DNA of 64,000 bases, from NCBI GenBank assembly GCA_964016885.1, contig OZ024741.1:205158001-205222000 (forward strand), given 5' to 3'. A model generated the notes under the pieces. It did not search any database, was not told the origin of the DNA, and was given only the letters and a program-made list of their open reading frames with translations. Origin of the DNA: Eledone cirrhosa. Its lineage: Eukaryota. Each line of letters opens with the position of its first letter. Position 1 is the first letter of the stretch. Below, piece by piece: positions 49,828 to 63,202 of this stretch. A program made the translations under genes and the position numbers.

Positions 49828-52800
49828 AAAATACACCTATACTATATGCTATATACTACATATCTATACCCATCGGTAATATATACTAATTTATATGATA
49901 CATATATGTTATATACATTATACATCTACACTATATAGAACACAATACATCTATACTAACACACTACTTTGATAGCTCAAGGTTACCTATGTCTGTCTAC
50001 CATAAAACTGTTTCATAGCAGTAGCAGCAGAAATCAGACTAAATGATTACAAAACCAGGATGTTTAATTAAAAGTCAGACTACGAAGCCCTTTACACCAT
50101 TGTATATTTCATAGGTGCTGTTGTATACATACATAGATGCATACATATATGATTACATGTATACATGCAATTCTGACTTTGCTTCTGTGAATTGAACCAT
50201 GTATACATGCACATCAAACAATGAGTCATGGTAACATGAAAGTGAACCATGATGACTAACAGCAAAATACAATGTTAACCCGTTAATTTAAGTATTTCTA
50301 GTGAAAACATTGCCCATGTGTTTCAACTAATATTTTGAAAAAAATATCTAGAGGAATTTATTAAAATAAATTTTTTATTAATAAACTGATATTTAGAACA
50401 TTACTTAACAAAAATTTCTTAAATGAAATTTTAATGGAAGTTTTTAATATTAAGTACAAACATTTAAAAATAAGTCCTATAACTCCAGGGTGGTTTCAGA
50501 TGGTTAATACTAGGAGAAAAAAAAAAGCTTTGCAGAACACTAAATATAATTTTCAACTGTAATAGTTCCAAAGCTTTTTGTGATTCACATGCACTTACTT
50601 TCATTTACACATACACAAATATACTAACGATTGATTACACACCATACACATACATAATCACTTGCACTCACAGCTCATTGATTAACCTAATGTGTTTAGA
50701 ATTATGAATCTATGTATGTATATATATGTATGCATGCACACGTATGTATGTGTTCTTGAGAAATGTGTCAGAGGTAATTAATATATGAATCAAGTGTTCT
50801 GCCACCAGAATTGAACTAAATTCATGAGAAAGTAATCTAGGTCTTACTTACTCAGCTATTTGCTTCTACACACACATTCAGACACGTGTCATAGTAGTGA
50901 GTTATTTTGTAATGTGTTAGTATAGATGCATTGTGTTATTCACTCAGTTATTTGCTTCTACATATATTTGGACATGTGTGTGTGTGTATAAGCTATGTTA
51001 GTGCCACTTCTAATTAACCATAACTGGTCAAGTTTGTGCTATATACAAAAAGGTGTCTCAAGATGTTTTATACACAATAACGATATAGGCCCTAGCTGAT
51101 TCTTGTCTCAATACTGAGTGAGTAAATGTGACCAATGACATAAAAATCCAGAAATAGTTGTCTGCCATTCTAACCATTTCTCAGATAGCTGTGTCATGAT
51201 CACAACTTGAAAAAGAACCACAGCAAGACTTTTGCATGTTTATTATGCATAAACATATCATATATGCTTTCATATACAACTCTATTATGAAATGCACTAT
51301 ATTAGTGTCACTTCAAATAAATATACGACAAAAAGCACATAGCCCACCCTGTAAGGTTGTTGTGTTGGTGCTATGATAAAAAGCAATCAGTTTACACTGT
51401 AATGTGGTTGGCATTAAGAAGGGCATCCAGCTGTAGAAAACAAGTCAGAACCAGTCTCATATGAGCAAGACACGGTCACCTGACCTTCCAACTTATCTCA
51501 TGGCGTGACAACCCATCTAACCCATGCAGGCATGGAAAACAGATGTTACATGGGTGATGATGATGATGATACATATAATATATATATATTTTTTTTTTTT
51601 TATTTATTTATCGTTGTTGTGATATAAGTGGACGTAAAGTGCTGTAAAGTGGTCATTTAGTGTCACAACAAAAAGCACCCAGCACACACTGTAAATGTGT
51701 TTGGTGTTAGAAAGGGATTCCAACTGTAGAAACCAAGCCAAAACCAGTTCTGCATGGCTTGTCTCACAACAGAGCAACTCATCTAGTGTGGAAAAATGGA
51801 CGTTAAACGGTGAAGATGATGATTGTCTATAGCCCCTCTAAATCTGTATGCTAGGTTGCCTCGATAGACATTACACTATGGTCTGTGTTGCTGCCATACC
51901 ACAAGTTGATCTTATTTGTCGTTTTCTTAATTCTCTCTATCCTATTCCAAAATTTCCACCAATACATGAGGCAAGTCTCATTCGCATCATTTTCTATAAT
52001 ATTCCTCCATTTGGCACTGGCTCCTTTATACTCCCTGATCTTGTCTCTCTGATTGTAGCCATAGAACTGCATGCAGTAGATGACGTGTTATATGTGTGTC
52101 TAATTCTTTAGGATTGCACATGCAGGATACATTTTTCATCACCCTTAAGTCCGCAATTACTTTGTTGAATTTCTATCCGAAATGGCTGAGTTTCAGTGGA
52201 TCAGGTGCTTGGAGGCCGTGTGTTTGGCATAATGCGAATAGAGGATCAAGGAAATTATAATAAATTGAAGTGAAATCCAACAGGGGTGTGTGTGTTTTTA
52301 TTGGCAGTCTGACCCTCCCAAAGTATAACAATATCTGTTTCAACACACATTTTCTGATAAAAAAAATCTTCTTGGAAGGTGTTAATTTAAATAAGGATTT
52401 TTTTAAATGGGTAGTTTTATTACATAGAATTAGAACCAGCTTGGATAGGTTGGTACCAAAAGGCTTAATTTCCTTAATGTGGACTGTGTCAAAGGGAGGT
52501 AATTCATTCAATTTTAATATGGAAAATTTGCTTGCTTTTATTTTTAAAAGCAATTCTTAAAATAAAAAAAATACTGGTTATCGCAAATATAATAAAATAC
52601 CCCATGTATATTTAAATGACCACCCTTCAGTCTCGGTACATATATAATCACTTTAGTAAATATGGTGGTGGTAGTAAGACAATCTTAAAACATTTTGTTC
52701 CAAAGTGTGCAAAATCAGTTCTGATTGTGAAACCAAATCACACATTTTAAAAGGTTCCTATTTAAATCGTCCACTTTAATTGTAAAGAACCATATGTTAA

Positions 52801-54388
52801 GTTACTATCTTAATAATAAAATAATTTTAGTAAATCCCTCCAAATTCTTCATTAATTAATTGAAATAGTGTGTATTTCACAAACAGGTTAACCTGGGAAT
52901 GGTGTAGAAAGGGTATGTAACATGTTTATGTCCCCTTTGCATATTGGCATGCAAAGGAGGAGTTGTCATGGCCTGAAATCTGACTGCTTGGAACAACCAA
53001 TCTTGTTCGTTACATTTCATATTTGGTATGGATGTCTTTCCTAACTACCTTACAGGATATACTGTAGGTGTTTTTGTGACACCAGTATACTATGTGTATA
53101 TTTAACAGAATGCAGTGGATGCATTTTATTGTAGTACCAGTACTATATACATGAAACAATAGTTTTATCTGATATCTCTTACCAATTGTCATTCCATAGA
53201 CACAGCAGTAACAGATAAAATTGGTACACATTGATTAATAATTCTGTGTAGTTAGGCATGGCCTATCTTGAAACATTAACATTAATATGAGAGTTATTCT
53301 GCATTGTTTCTATCTATATATTAAATAAGAGTCATTAGAATGTCAGAGAAAATGCTTTCTGATATGTTTTGGTTACCTTTCTCTGGACGTAGATGGCTGT
53401 GTTCATCTTGTAGAGGGCTCAGACATTGTATATCATAACAGCACCCATATAGCTGGGTACATGGTGTGGCATATATTAAATGTAGACATACACAACTAAC
53501 ATGTGAGTGTGTGTATGTATAAAGAAAAAGGTTAGCGAATATGAAAATGGTATTGATATTTTTCCTTTTTGGAAAATTCTCTTATTGGTTTCAGTCATTC
53601 AACTGCAGCTATCCTGGGGCACCATTTTCAAGTTGAATATATTGATTACAGTACTTTTTTCAATCAATTAAATTACAGGACAAAAACACAGACAAAAATA
53701 TATACATGCATACACACACACAATTGGCTTCTGCAGTTTCCATCTAGCAAACTTTACTCACAAGTCATTGGTCAACCCGAGGCTATAGTAGAATACACTT
53801 GCCCAGTGCCTTTTCTTTTTACTGGCAGTCATACTGTGTTTGTGTGTGTGTGCGCGTATGCATGTGTGTGTATTTGTGTGCTCCAAATAGGCAAGTTAAG
53901 CCTTCTCATCTTTCTGGACTAACACACCATTGCAATCGTCATGCGAAAGAGGGCTCTCATTTTCTTATCATGCATGGGAAACAACTCCAAGCATGTTTTT
54001 TATGATATTCTGACCCCACCAAATAAACATAGCCTTCACAGTACTTGTTGAAGTAGTGATCAAAGAACATCTAAATTTACGAAAATGGCACATTTGTTAG
54101 CATAATATAGATTAAATTTTTAAAAAGCCTCCTTAGTTACATAGACTATATAAGATAGAGATTACTTGACAAACATGCTAACATTTGCTAGGGGCAATGA
54201 AATGAATTGTGAAAATTTCCATCAACAAATATTTAAAGACTAAATTATTAGCAACCAAATAAATGTGTGCATCTGAGTAAAAACACAGAGGTGCATGTTT
54301 GGAGTACATGCATGTGCATGTAAACTTCTGCAAAATCTTAATGTACTTCAACTTAGTATTTTTCATATTCTGGTCCTTTTAAGAGATT

Positions 54389-54625
54389 CTTAGATATTTA
54401 GTAGCCATACAGCTACCCACTCATATTCCATAATTAGAAGACCTGCAATCATACATCTATCCAAATATATTCCACAATTAGAAGACCTGCAGTCATACAG
54501 CTCCCCAACTATATTCCACAATTAGAAGATTAGTAACCATACAGCCAATCATCCGTATTCCATAATTAGAAGATTTGTAACCAAACAGCTACCCACCCTT
54601 ATCCCACATTTAAAAGATGAGCAAT
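54389..54625. repeat. 44-bp minisatellite, ~5 diverged copies
   Basis: ATTAGAAGA recurs at 54433, 54477, 54521 and 54565, degenerate at 54389 and 54609. Confidence 0.9.
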
Positions 54626-54792
54626 TCTAGCCACCGACATTTAAAAGACTTTATGGAACAAATCACATTTTTCTTCATTTAGATAAAAGGGGAAGATAAA
54701 AAGGTAAACATGTAAAAAAAAAAAAAAGTGAAAATACAAAATAAAATTAATTTAGAACTTATGTTGCCAAAATAACTCAAACTCAAACTTAC

Positions 54793-54916
54793 TCTCTTTT
54801 TTCTTGCTTTGATTTCTGTCTTTTTCTGTTCAATATCCTTTTGCATTTCAGCATACCAGAAATCAACAAAGAAGTGAGAATCTGTATAAAATTTGATACT
54901 ATCTTTTCCATCTTCC
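54793..54916 (-). CDS. WASF: WAVE/SCAR exon (124 nt): (R)EDGKDSIKFYTDSHFFVDFWYAEMQKDIEQKKTEIKARKKR
   Basis: Acceptor tttttttctttcag, donor GTAAGT; phase matches the upstream exon; resembles the WAVE segment [24 protein letters not shown] leading into the basic region. Confidence 0.92.
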
Positions 54917-55534
54917 CTGAAAGAAAAAAATCAAAGAAAAAGTAAAAATATTGTTAATTATTTTATAATTTATGTTAAGTTTTTAAATTTCTTTTTTCTT
55001 TTTAAATTTTTGAGGGGAAGGTAAAGTTAGCTAAATCAACCCCAATATTTGACTGGTTCTTTATTCTGTTGATCCCAGAAAGATGAAATGCTAAGTTGAC
55101 CTTGGTGAAAACTGAACTTATAACACAATGTGCCACAAAGCATTTAGGCCAACACTGATTCCACAAACCTACATAATAATAGTGGTTTCTAATTGAGGAA
55201 CAAAGTTAGGAATTTTTGAGGGAAGAGTAGTTGATTGAATCAACCTCAATATTTGACTGGTACTTTATTTTATAAAGAAGGGTGAAAGTCAAAGTTGACA
55301 CCAGTAAGATTTAAATTTGGTTTCCAATTTAGGCACAAAGCCAGCAATTTGGGAAGAAGAGGAACACTGATTAAATCAACTGCTACAAAACTGGTATCTT
55401 AATCAACCTCAGAAGGATGAAATGCAAAGTTGACTTCAGAGTGTAAAAGGCCAGAATACTGCTATGCATTTGTACAAAACTCTCATGATTCTGCTAATCT
55501 GATAATAATTTATTTACCACAAGGATGAACAAGG

Positions 55535-56445
55535 GGATATTTACAAAGACAAATTATAAAAACAGAAGTAATTGAAGATAAATCGAAACCATTCAATGTG
55601 GGAGTTGGACTCTGCCAAGGATATGTACTGTCACCTCTCCTGTTCATTATTTTCATGAACAGGATTGATATGAGCAGTGGGGTTGCAAGTAGTATCATGA
55701 AGTTGGCTGGAATTTGCAGACGACATGGTATGACTTAACTCAACAGAAGGTGATCCCTGACTTGCACTTGATAGGTTTGATGCCAAGTGCTGCATGGCTG
55801 GAATGAAAATCAATGCTGTGAAAACTGAGACACTCGTCCTCTCAATGTAGCCTGTAAATTGAGTTCCACTTAAGCATGTAGAGAAGCTCAAGTATCTTGG
55901 GGCTGTGTTCACAAGTGATGGAAGACAGGAGGCTGAATTAAGTGCAAGAATTGCAGGAGCTGGTGCAGTAACGTGCCAACTTCAGCATTCGGTAATCAGA
56001 AGAAGGTTAGTAAGTGTAGAAGCCAAACTTGCTATCTTCAATTCGGTATGAATCAAGCAGCCGAAATGGGGTTCCTCCGAAGAGTCTTTGGGGTAATGTT
56101 ATTCGATAGAGTGCGTAGCTCGGAGACCAGAGAGTCATTCTAGGTAGTATTACTACTTCTCCGAATTGAGAGATCATAACCCCGGTACTAAGGGCATGTG
56201 GTTAGAAAGTCTCAGGAAAAAAAAATCGCTGGACAGATTTTGAGTAAAACAAACTGGCAGAGAACTCAGTGGTAGACCCCAAGCAAGATGGTTGGATAAA
56301 ATCCAGGAGTTCAGCAAGCCGCACTTGGGGATCCAACCGGATCAGTTGGAAACGCTTGCTTCTGACCTACACCGCTGGAAGGAGTGTTTGAGGACTCTGC
56401 TCCTATGACCCTCTCAGGAATAAGTGGGAGGAGGAGGAGAAGAAG
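55535..56445 (+). mobile_element. 5'-truncated decayed Rex3/Expander-like RTE LINE
   Basis: KSKPFNVGVGLCQG.VLSPLLFIIFMNRI, FADD, GMKIN..KTE, VEKLKYLGAVFTSDGR, GHVVR; GAG/GAA tail. Confidence 0.88.
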
Positions 56446-57138
56446 TTATAGAACTGGGCATAAGAAAACAGAAATGCAAACAACAGTATAAAATATCATC
56501 CTTGAAGCCAACCACTTGGCTTAATTAAGGAATCCCATAGATCTAGGAGTGTTCTTACTGCAATAAAGCCAAGTACTTTCTCGTAACTGTGTTCTCTGGT
56601 CTTCAGAGACTCACTCAGAATATACTTGCTATTGTTACTTACTTTTCTATAAATTTACTGGATGTCTCACCACCCTCTTGACTCACCCTCCTCTCCAAAT
56701 GGTACTTGCATATGTCAATGAATCTTCTCCCCCAAACAATCTCTTTTGCCATAAACAATAAAGCAGGGGGAAAATGTCTGCTCTTTCTGGCCAAAGTGAA
56801 TCAGTTAATATCTAGGTTCTTCCTACATGGCTGTTCAATATAACAATGACATCATTAGCAATGTAGCTGCAGTAAAACTGAGTTCAAACTATCAGTAAAT
56901 AACCATTTCTAACATGGGCACAAGGCCACATATTTTCAGGAAGGAAACAGTTCATTATATAGTTTATTTAAGCTCACATTATGTCAGATATTTGCCAAAA
57001 ACAGCAAATATATCAGACTAAATTTTTTATAACACCAAGTATAGACCCTTTACAAATTTCAGTTCAAATTCAAAAATTGTACTTTTGTCTTTTATTCTCA
57101 AGCTAGCTATTAATAATAAACAAGAACTAGAACCTGTC

Positions 57139-57366
57139 TTAACTCATTAACATTTAAACCGGCTGTAATCGGCCAGAATTATCTAACCTCTTTCTGTTCA
57201 AACTGGCCGTAACTGACTGCTCATACTTATGTTAACGTATTGTTCTCAAAATAAATACTATCAAAATCTCATTGATTTGATAGTATGTGAGATATTTATG
57301 TAAGATAAGCCTTTACTGTGAAAATTAAATAGTAAATATAGAGTAATGTAAATGCTAAAGGGTTAA
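57139..57366. mobile_element. TTAA MITE family A copy
   Basis: TTAA...TAAATGCTAAAGGG-TTAA; reverse complement of 12964-13178. Confidence 0.8.
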
Positions 57367-57416
57367 GCTTGGAGACTCATTCGACCAGAGGTTAAGCTAG
57401 TGTCATTATTGTTAAG

Positions 57417-57530
57417 GAGTTCAAATCCCACCGAGGTTAACTTTGCCTTTCATCCTTACGGGGTCGATAAAATAAAGTACCAGTAATGTACTGAGTAATT
57501 GCTGGCCTTGCGCCAAAAAGTATAAACAAA
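57417..57530 (+). mobile_element. 5'-truncated SINE family 1
   Basis: 10-bp TSD TATTGTTAAG at 57407-57416 and 57531-57540. Confidence 0.88.
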
Positions 57531-59138
57531 TATTGTTAAGAGACTAGGAATACAAGACTCTCCAACGAGCAGGCTGATACTAATTTTCAGGTGAGTGGAC
57601 TGGAGCAATGTGAAATGAAGTATTTTACTCAAAGACATAATGTGCCATCTAATTGAGGAATCAAACCCACAATTTTACAATTATACCCTAACCACTGGTT
57701 AGGCTGTTGAACCATTTTTTATTCAATTAGACATGACTGGGTGATGAACCCTTTTTTAACTATATTTCTAAAAGACATTGCCTATAATTTTCAAATAATT
57801 TTGAAAATAATCAGGAATTTGAAAGATTTAGTAATATAACTAACTTCCTGGTGTTTGGAACATAAAATTATGGTAACAGGTTTTTAGATAAATATAAATA
57901 CTTTAAGACAACTCAATATTGTAGAAAGTAAGTCTTTCCTTTAATATAGCAAATTTTCAATGATCTGTCCACTCGTAAAGATACTATAAAGATTTGAATT
58001 AATAAACCCACATTCAGATATTTTCTGCTAAATCATTTCAGGATGAAAAACTTTCTTGGCTAACCTGAACTTGGTAAATTTTTTTTCCTCCTAAAATTTA
58101 CCAACATTAAAAGCAAGCCAATCCCTTAAATTGGTATAATGCTGAGAGTTTTGGTGCAAAGATCACTGCCAGCTCCTTCCAGCTGCTAATTCTAATTAAC
58201 TACTTGACTGAACAAATTATTAAAAAAGACCCCAAAAACAGGCAGAATTAATTAATTGCCAAGTTTTTTTAAGACGCAATATTAAATATTTCACCGGATA
58301 AAATCAATCAGCAGATTATTTCTATTTTCAAAGTGGTACAGTGTAGGGAGAAGGGGAGGAAATCCACACTTTAAGCATTTTATTTTTAATTTCAAAATCT
58401 ATTATTAATGGTATTTTAGATATACAACATAAATGGCATGGGGGAAGATTCTTGAATTAATCTCAGTTCAATATCAAAGCAAGGAATGCAGATTAAATAC
58501 ATTGAAAACTTTCAACCAGAATAGCCTAATCTGCCTTGCCATCTCCAAAACTTGTATTCGTAGATTTAAAAAAATTTAAATTACACAACTGCTATATTAT
58601 TGATGCGATAATCATCTCAGCTCCTATGAATTTGCCAACTTTTAATTACATTTAAACCCACTTAAGTTATTTTCACAACATATACAATGCTCAATTTTCC
58701 CTTTTCAGACCCCTGTCAAAAATATACCAGACGAGATGGCTAGGGAACTTAAATCTGGTCACTCAATGTGCTAGAAATAACAGCCAAATCTTCTTCAAGT
58801 CATACTCTACTGTCTTAATGAAAGGAAATACTAAGATTTGTTCCTTGAGGTAGATGTTTTTTACTGGTGGAGGGAGACTCTTTCGTAAAAAGTCACTAAA
58901 TGTTCACCTGTAGACTTGTTTCATACTACTGTTATACCACCAGTACTTATATTAACTACTACTACTACTACTGTATAAATTACTGATACTATTACTATAC
59001 AGATTTGTTAACTACTGTATAAATTACAGATACTATTGATACACTACCACTGCTATGTAAGAATAAATTTACGGTATAAAATATTTAACCAGTTAATGAC
59101 CACATTTCTAATGAAATACACTGTTTCAATTAATTAAT

Positions 59139-59316
59139 TGTTTCTACTTTAGGCACAAGGCCAGCAATTACCCAGTGCATTACTGGTACTTTATTTTATC
59201 GACCCCGTAAGGATGAAAGGCAAAGTCAACCTCGGCGGGATTTGAACTCAGATCGTAAAGGGACATAACTATGCTGGAAAGCATGGCGTCCGACCCTCTA
59301 CCGATACTGCCAATCC
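59139..59316 (-). mobile_element. Young SINE family 1 copy inserted in a TTAA MITE
   Basis: Flanked by an exact 21-nt direct repeat ACACTGTTTCAATTAATTAAT (59118-59138, 59317-59337); part of this may be microhomology. Confidence 0.92.
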
Positions 59317-59505
59317 ACACTGTTTCAATTAATTAATGAAGAATGGAGGAATTTTCTAAAATTACTATCTCAATTGTGGCCAATAAAGAAATTACTATTA
59401 AGATAGTAGCTTAAATTATGGTTCTTATATGAAATTATATTGGAATACTTAAATAAAGGGACCTTTTAAAATGGATGGTTTGTTTCATAGAACCAGAGCT
59501 ACTTA

Positions 59506-59610
59506 CTCTTGGGTCTCGAATGCCCCCTTATCCGTTTTTAAAAATCAACGGAGACAACCTAGAGAAATTACTGATTTTTCACCACCCCTCACATATTTGG
59601 AACCCAAGAG
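59506..59610. mobile_element. Small TA-flanked MITE
   Basis: TA-CTCTTGGGTCTCGAAT ... ATTTGGAACCCAAGAG-TA. Confidence 0.7.
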
Positions 59611-59912
59611 TAGTTTTAGTTGTGTTTGGGGGTGGTTTTTAACTGCCATCTTAAACGCATGTTCCCCCAAACCTGCAATACTTATTCACAGCTTTATTGG
59701 CACATTGAAATGTTTAGATCTGAACAACTCTAAAAGGTCGTTTGAGAAGTGAGGAAACTCAGTTTTTCAAAATGACCCTTCCTTCCCTTTATTTGTTATA
59801 GAAGACTACTACAATTTGAATTCTGTTATGATCTATCAAATGGGTGTCATTGGCAATTCCACGTAAGATTCCATACAAATTAAAATAAGTCAGTAAGAAA
59901 TGAAAGACATAC

Positions 59913-60066
59913 CGAAATCTGTCTAGTTTTTCCAAAGCTGGAGCCCTGTCACATTGGTGGTAAGTGATCCGCATAGCATTTGGCATAGTTGAACTTGAAA
60001 CAACTTGTTGATCAGGGGCAATATTGCTTCGGTAAGGTTTGCGAAGATGTATATCTTGTAATGACA
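59913..60066 (-). CDS. WASF: WAVE/SCAR homology domain exon (154 nt): (V)SLQDIHLRKPYRSNIAPDQQVVSSSTMPNAMRITYHQCDRAPALEKLDRF(R)
   Basis: Long T-rich acceptor ending atgtttag, donor GTATGT; resembles WAVE VSLQDI..RK.F.S....DQQV......P.....Y..C..PP.L..L..YR. Confidence 0.93.
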
Positions 60067-60689
60067 CTAAACATAAAAATAAAAAAAAATAAAAGTAAGT
60101 GTCAAATACACATATTTTTGGTTGTTAACACAATTGTTTAGCTTTCTTTTTTTTTTTTTGAAATTGAAAAATGTAAATATATTTTCTTCAAATATTTCAC
60201 GTTTTAAATATTAAATAGAATATAAATGCCATAAAAATGAATAAAAATGTAATAAGGCTTTAAAAAAGTAAATATAATTATTATTAAAAAGGCAAATTTC
60301 CATTATTTTTCTCTCTCTTTCTGAAAGTAATAAGATGAAATTATAATGATTGAAATATTTACAGTTAGTATTAATTTCAAAAAAATCTTTACAAATTATC
60401 CAGGTACAATGTTTAAAAAGAAATAAGAGGTAGAAATTAGCAAGGTTTTAAAGAATACTAAAGCAGGATGTAAGAATTCTTTATATTAAAAATTACCTAA
60501 AATGAAAAAAATATTTTAAATTAAAATTATTATCTGCTAAAAATGAAATGAAGTGAACAGTTTAAAAAATATCCTTCAGTCAAAAGAAATGGGCAAAATC
60601 TTTAACAGAGAATTGAAAATTATTGAGAAAGAGAAGTTATATTTACACATGCACACAACCAATATGTCTCTCACTAATGAAAATGCTCA

Positions 60690-61500
60690 GGTTCTCAATA
60701 TCAGCAAAGTTCAACTGTGATTAGCATGTAAATCTCCTCTCAAAACTAACTACATGGGTTTCATGTTTGTCATCTCTTCGATTAGTAGCTTCCTATCAGA
60801 TCACACTATAGCAATGAGTGCCAATAGTGCTCTTTCTGTCCTACACTATTAACTATGGTGTCCCCCTGAGTTTGGTTTTGTCCCTTGCATTCTTCCTCTA
60901 CAGTAACGACCTACTCGCATCCTCCAATGGGGCCATGACAAACTTCTCTTTTTCAACAGCAAAAAAAGTATAAATAGCACACAACTAGAGCTTTCATGGT
61001 CATTCAAAATGTTAGGCCTTACAATCACCAAAGTGAACACAGCTAGAACTACATCACAACTGATCCTTCTTTTTAGGGCTAGAAGATACTCCAATTCCCA
61101 ACAATACATGATCCTCTACAAAGTTCAGAAGATATCCACAATGGAGTACTACTGCCACATCTAGTATGGTGCTGCTGTTGTTCACACTAACATCCTAGAC
61201 TACTCTCAGATAAAAGCTACTCAACTAATTGGATGAAAGTTACGCGTACAGATGTGCTGTCTCTTCCCTCTGCCTTTTCTACCATTTAGTCTCTGCTCCT
61301 TGGGGCTTGCTGGATTATGCCATCCCTATTCAGGCATTCCTGACTCACTCATCCCTCCACCTCTGATCAGCTACATTGTGTTAACCACCCAGTCCATGCA
61401 TTAACTACTGTGTGTAGCCCTTCCTACCCAGAAAACCAACCCTCTGGAACTCTTCCCCAGCTCATGTCTTTCTCAAAGGAATGCATCTACAAATGATAAG
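60690..61500 (+). mobile_element. Highly decayed CR1/Jockey-group LINE RT fragment
   Basis: Remnants NLLSKL, ISSFLSD, INYGVP, LLFRARRY, ILYKVQ, MEYYCHI. Confidence 0.65.
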
Positions 61501-61539
61501 TGTGCCAAAGCCACAGTCAAGAACTCAAATTCAGTCAAA

Positions 61540-62646
61540 TTGGATGTTGAAAGTTATAAAAGAATTTGAGCAGGAAAACTTATAAATACCTAGGTATAAA
61601 TGAAGGATTTGACATTCAGCATGCAAGTATGAAATAGAGGATAGAAGACGTAGTTGCAAAATCTGAGCTAAATGCACGTAAGGCGAAAATTCAAAAGTTG
61701 CTGACTTGTAATAAGATGCACCACTCAAAGGTAGATGTGGATCATCTTTACCTTCCCAGAACTCAAGGAGGCAGAGTTTGAACTGGCTTACAAAACCATC
61801 ACAATTGGACTAGCCAAATATCTTGAAGCAACAAAAATGACTGGATGCTGAAACTCGTTGAAAAACATGAGAGGAGTAAGAAGTTTCATTTCATCTTGAA
61901 AGAGAGCAAAAAATTTGCTACTGATCTTATGACTAATATCCAAACTGGACAGACCGAAGAAACTGTGGCAACTGTTGTTGCAATGCAAGTAAAATTAATG
62001 GCTAAGAAAAAAGGGCATGAACAATTACCATCAAGGTGGGAGCAGAAACCTCTACATGGCAAATATGTGCCATACAGACAGAACTATCAAAGTTAACAGA
62101 CTAGATATTATTGTAAAAGACCAAAATAACAAAGTATGTTTACTGATTGATATGAGCATCCCATGTGATCACAATATTGCAGCAAAAGAATTTGACAAAA
62201 ATCAGAAAATATAAAGATTTGTTGACTAAAATTGAAAAAATGAGGTATCTCAAGGTGGTTACAATACCAGTGATTATAGGAGCACTAGGAATGATAAAAA
62301 AGAACCAACATTTATTTTAGATTGATCCCTGGTTTACCATCACTACAAGAAGTACAAAAAATTATTTTAACTGGTACGACAAATGTATTGAGAAGAGCAT
62401 TTTCGCTATGAAAAAGATAATCATCCATATGATTTTTTTTTTTATTACATAACTTTATTAAATTATATTCCATAATTCTGTAAGTTGTAGATAATTGAGC
62501 ACTCTTATATGATTCGATACCATTTTGTAAATATAATTTTAAACAGAGAAATGGTTTTTATATTCCTATCTCTTTCTTAACATTACATCCACTTATTCCT
62601 AACTTCTCAGGTAATGTTCGTGATAACTCTTCGTCTATTATTATTA
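61540..62646 (+). mobile_element. Decayed, deleted Dong/R4-clade LINE 3' part
   Basis: LYLPRTQGG, WEQKPLHGKY, HTDRTIKVNRLDIIVKD..CLLIDMSIP, TIPVIIGALG, GTTNVLRRAF. Confidence 0.85.
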
Positions 62647-62806
62647 ATTCTTCAGCTATTTACCACAATAGCTAGCTATCTACCTATATTTTTTAGGTGC
62701 TGACTCCGAATAACTCCCACCAACCCCTATCCACCAAGCTATCTAACAGACATGGCATTGCGTTCCCGCCTTTTTCCTTTTCTCTTCTGCTTATACACAC
62801 CAATAT

Positions 62807-63152
62807 GGAGGCACATGGCTTAGTGGTTAGAGCATTGGGCTTGCAATCGAAAGGTTGTGAGTTCAATTCTCAGACCGGGTGATGTGTTGTTTCCTTGAGC
62901 AAGACACTTTATTTCACATTGCTCCAGTTTACTCAGCTGTAGAAATGAGATGATAGGGTCTGGGGTCTCTATCATTCCACTGCAAAGTGGTCGTGGAGGT
63001 GCCACGGAAAAAAAGCACCCAGCACTCACTGTAAATGAGGTTGGTGTTAGGAAGGGCATCCAGCTGTAGAAATCAAGCCAGAAACAGTTCCCGTCCCACC
63101 CTTGCAAGCAGGGAAAAGTGGACGTAAAATGATGATGATGATGATGATGATG
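62807..63152 (+). mobile_element. Full-length tRNA-head, CORE-like, RTE-tailed SINE
   Basis: A box TGGCTTAGTGG, B box GAGTTCAATTC, CORE-like CCTTGAGCAAGACACTT..CTCAGCTGTAGAAATGAG, tail shared with the RTE 3' UTR, (GAT)n end. Confidence 0.88.
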
Positions 63153-63202
63153 TATCCTTCTATATCATGAATGTCAATTTGCTACTCTGCGAACCGTTTA
63201 AT

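Noticed and set aside
51848-52560. Overlapping 70-126 aa ORFs
   Set aside because: No recognisable motifs; possibly a decayed LINE ORF1 but unsupported
54389-54625. Regularly spaced repeat as a CRISPR-like array
   Set aside because: The whole 44-bp unit is repeated with no unique spacers; eukaryotic context with no cas genes
62807-62880. tRNA gene
   Set aside because: The tRNA-like A/B boxes are the head of a SINE continuing into core and RTE tail; no complete cloverleaf
62992-63060. Resemblance of CGTGG..CCACG plus A-rich linker to a pistol ribozyme
   Set aside because: No P2/P3 arrangement or GU cleavage junction; kept only as a generic pseudoknot candidate
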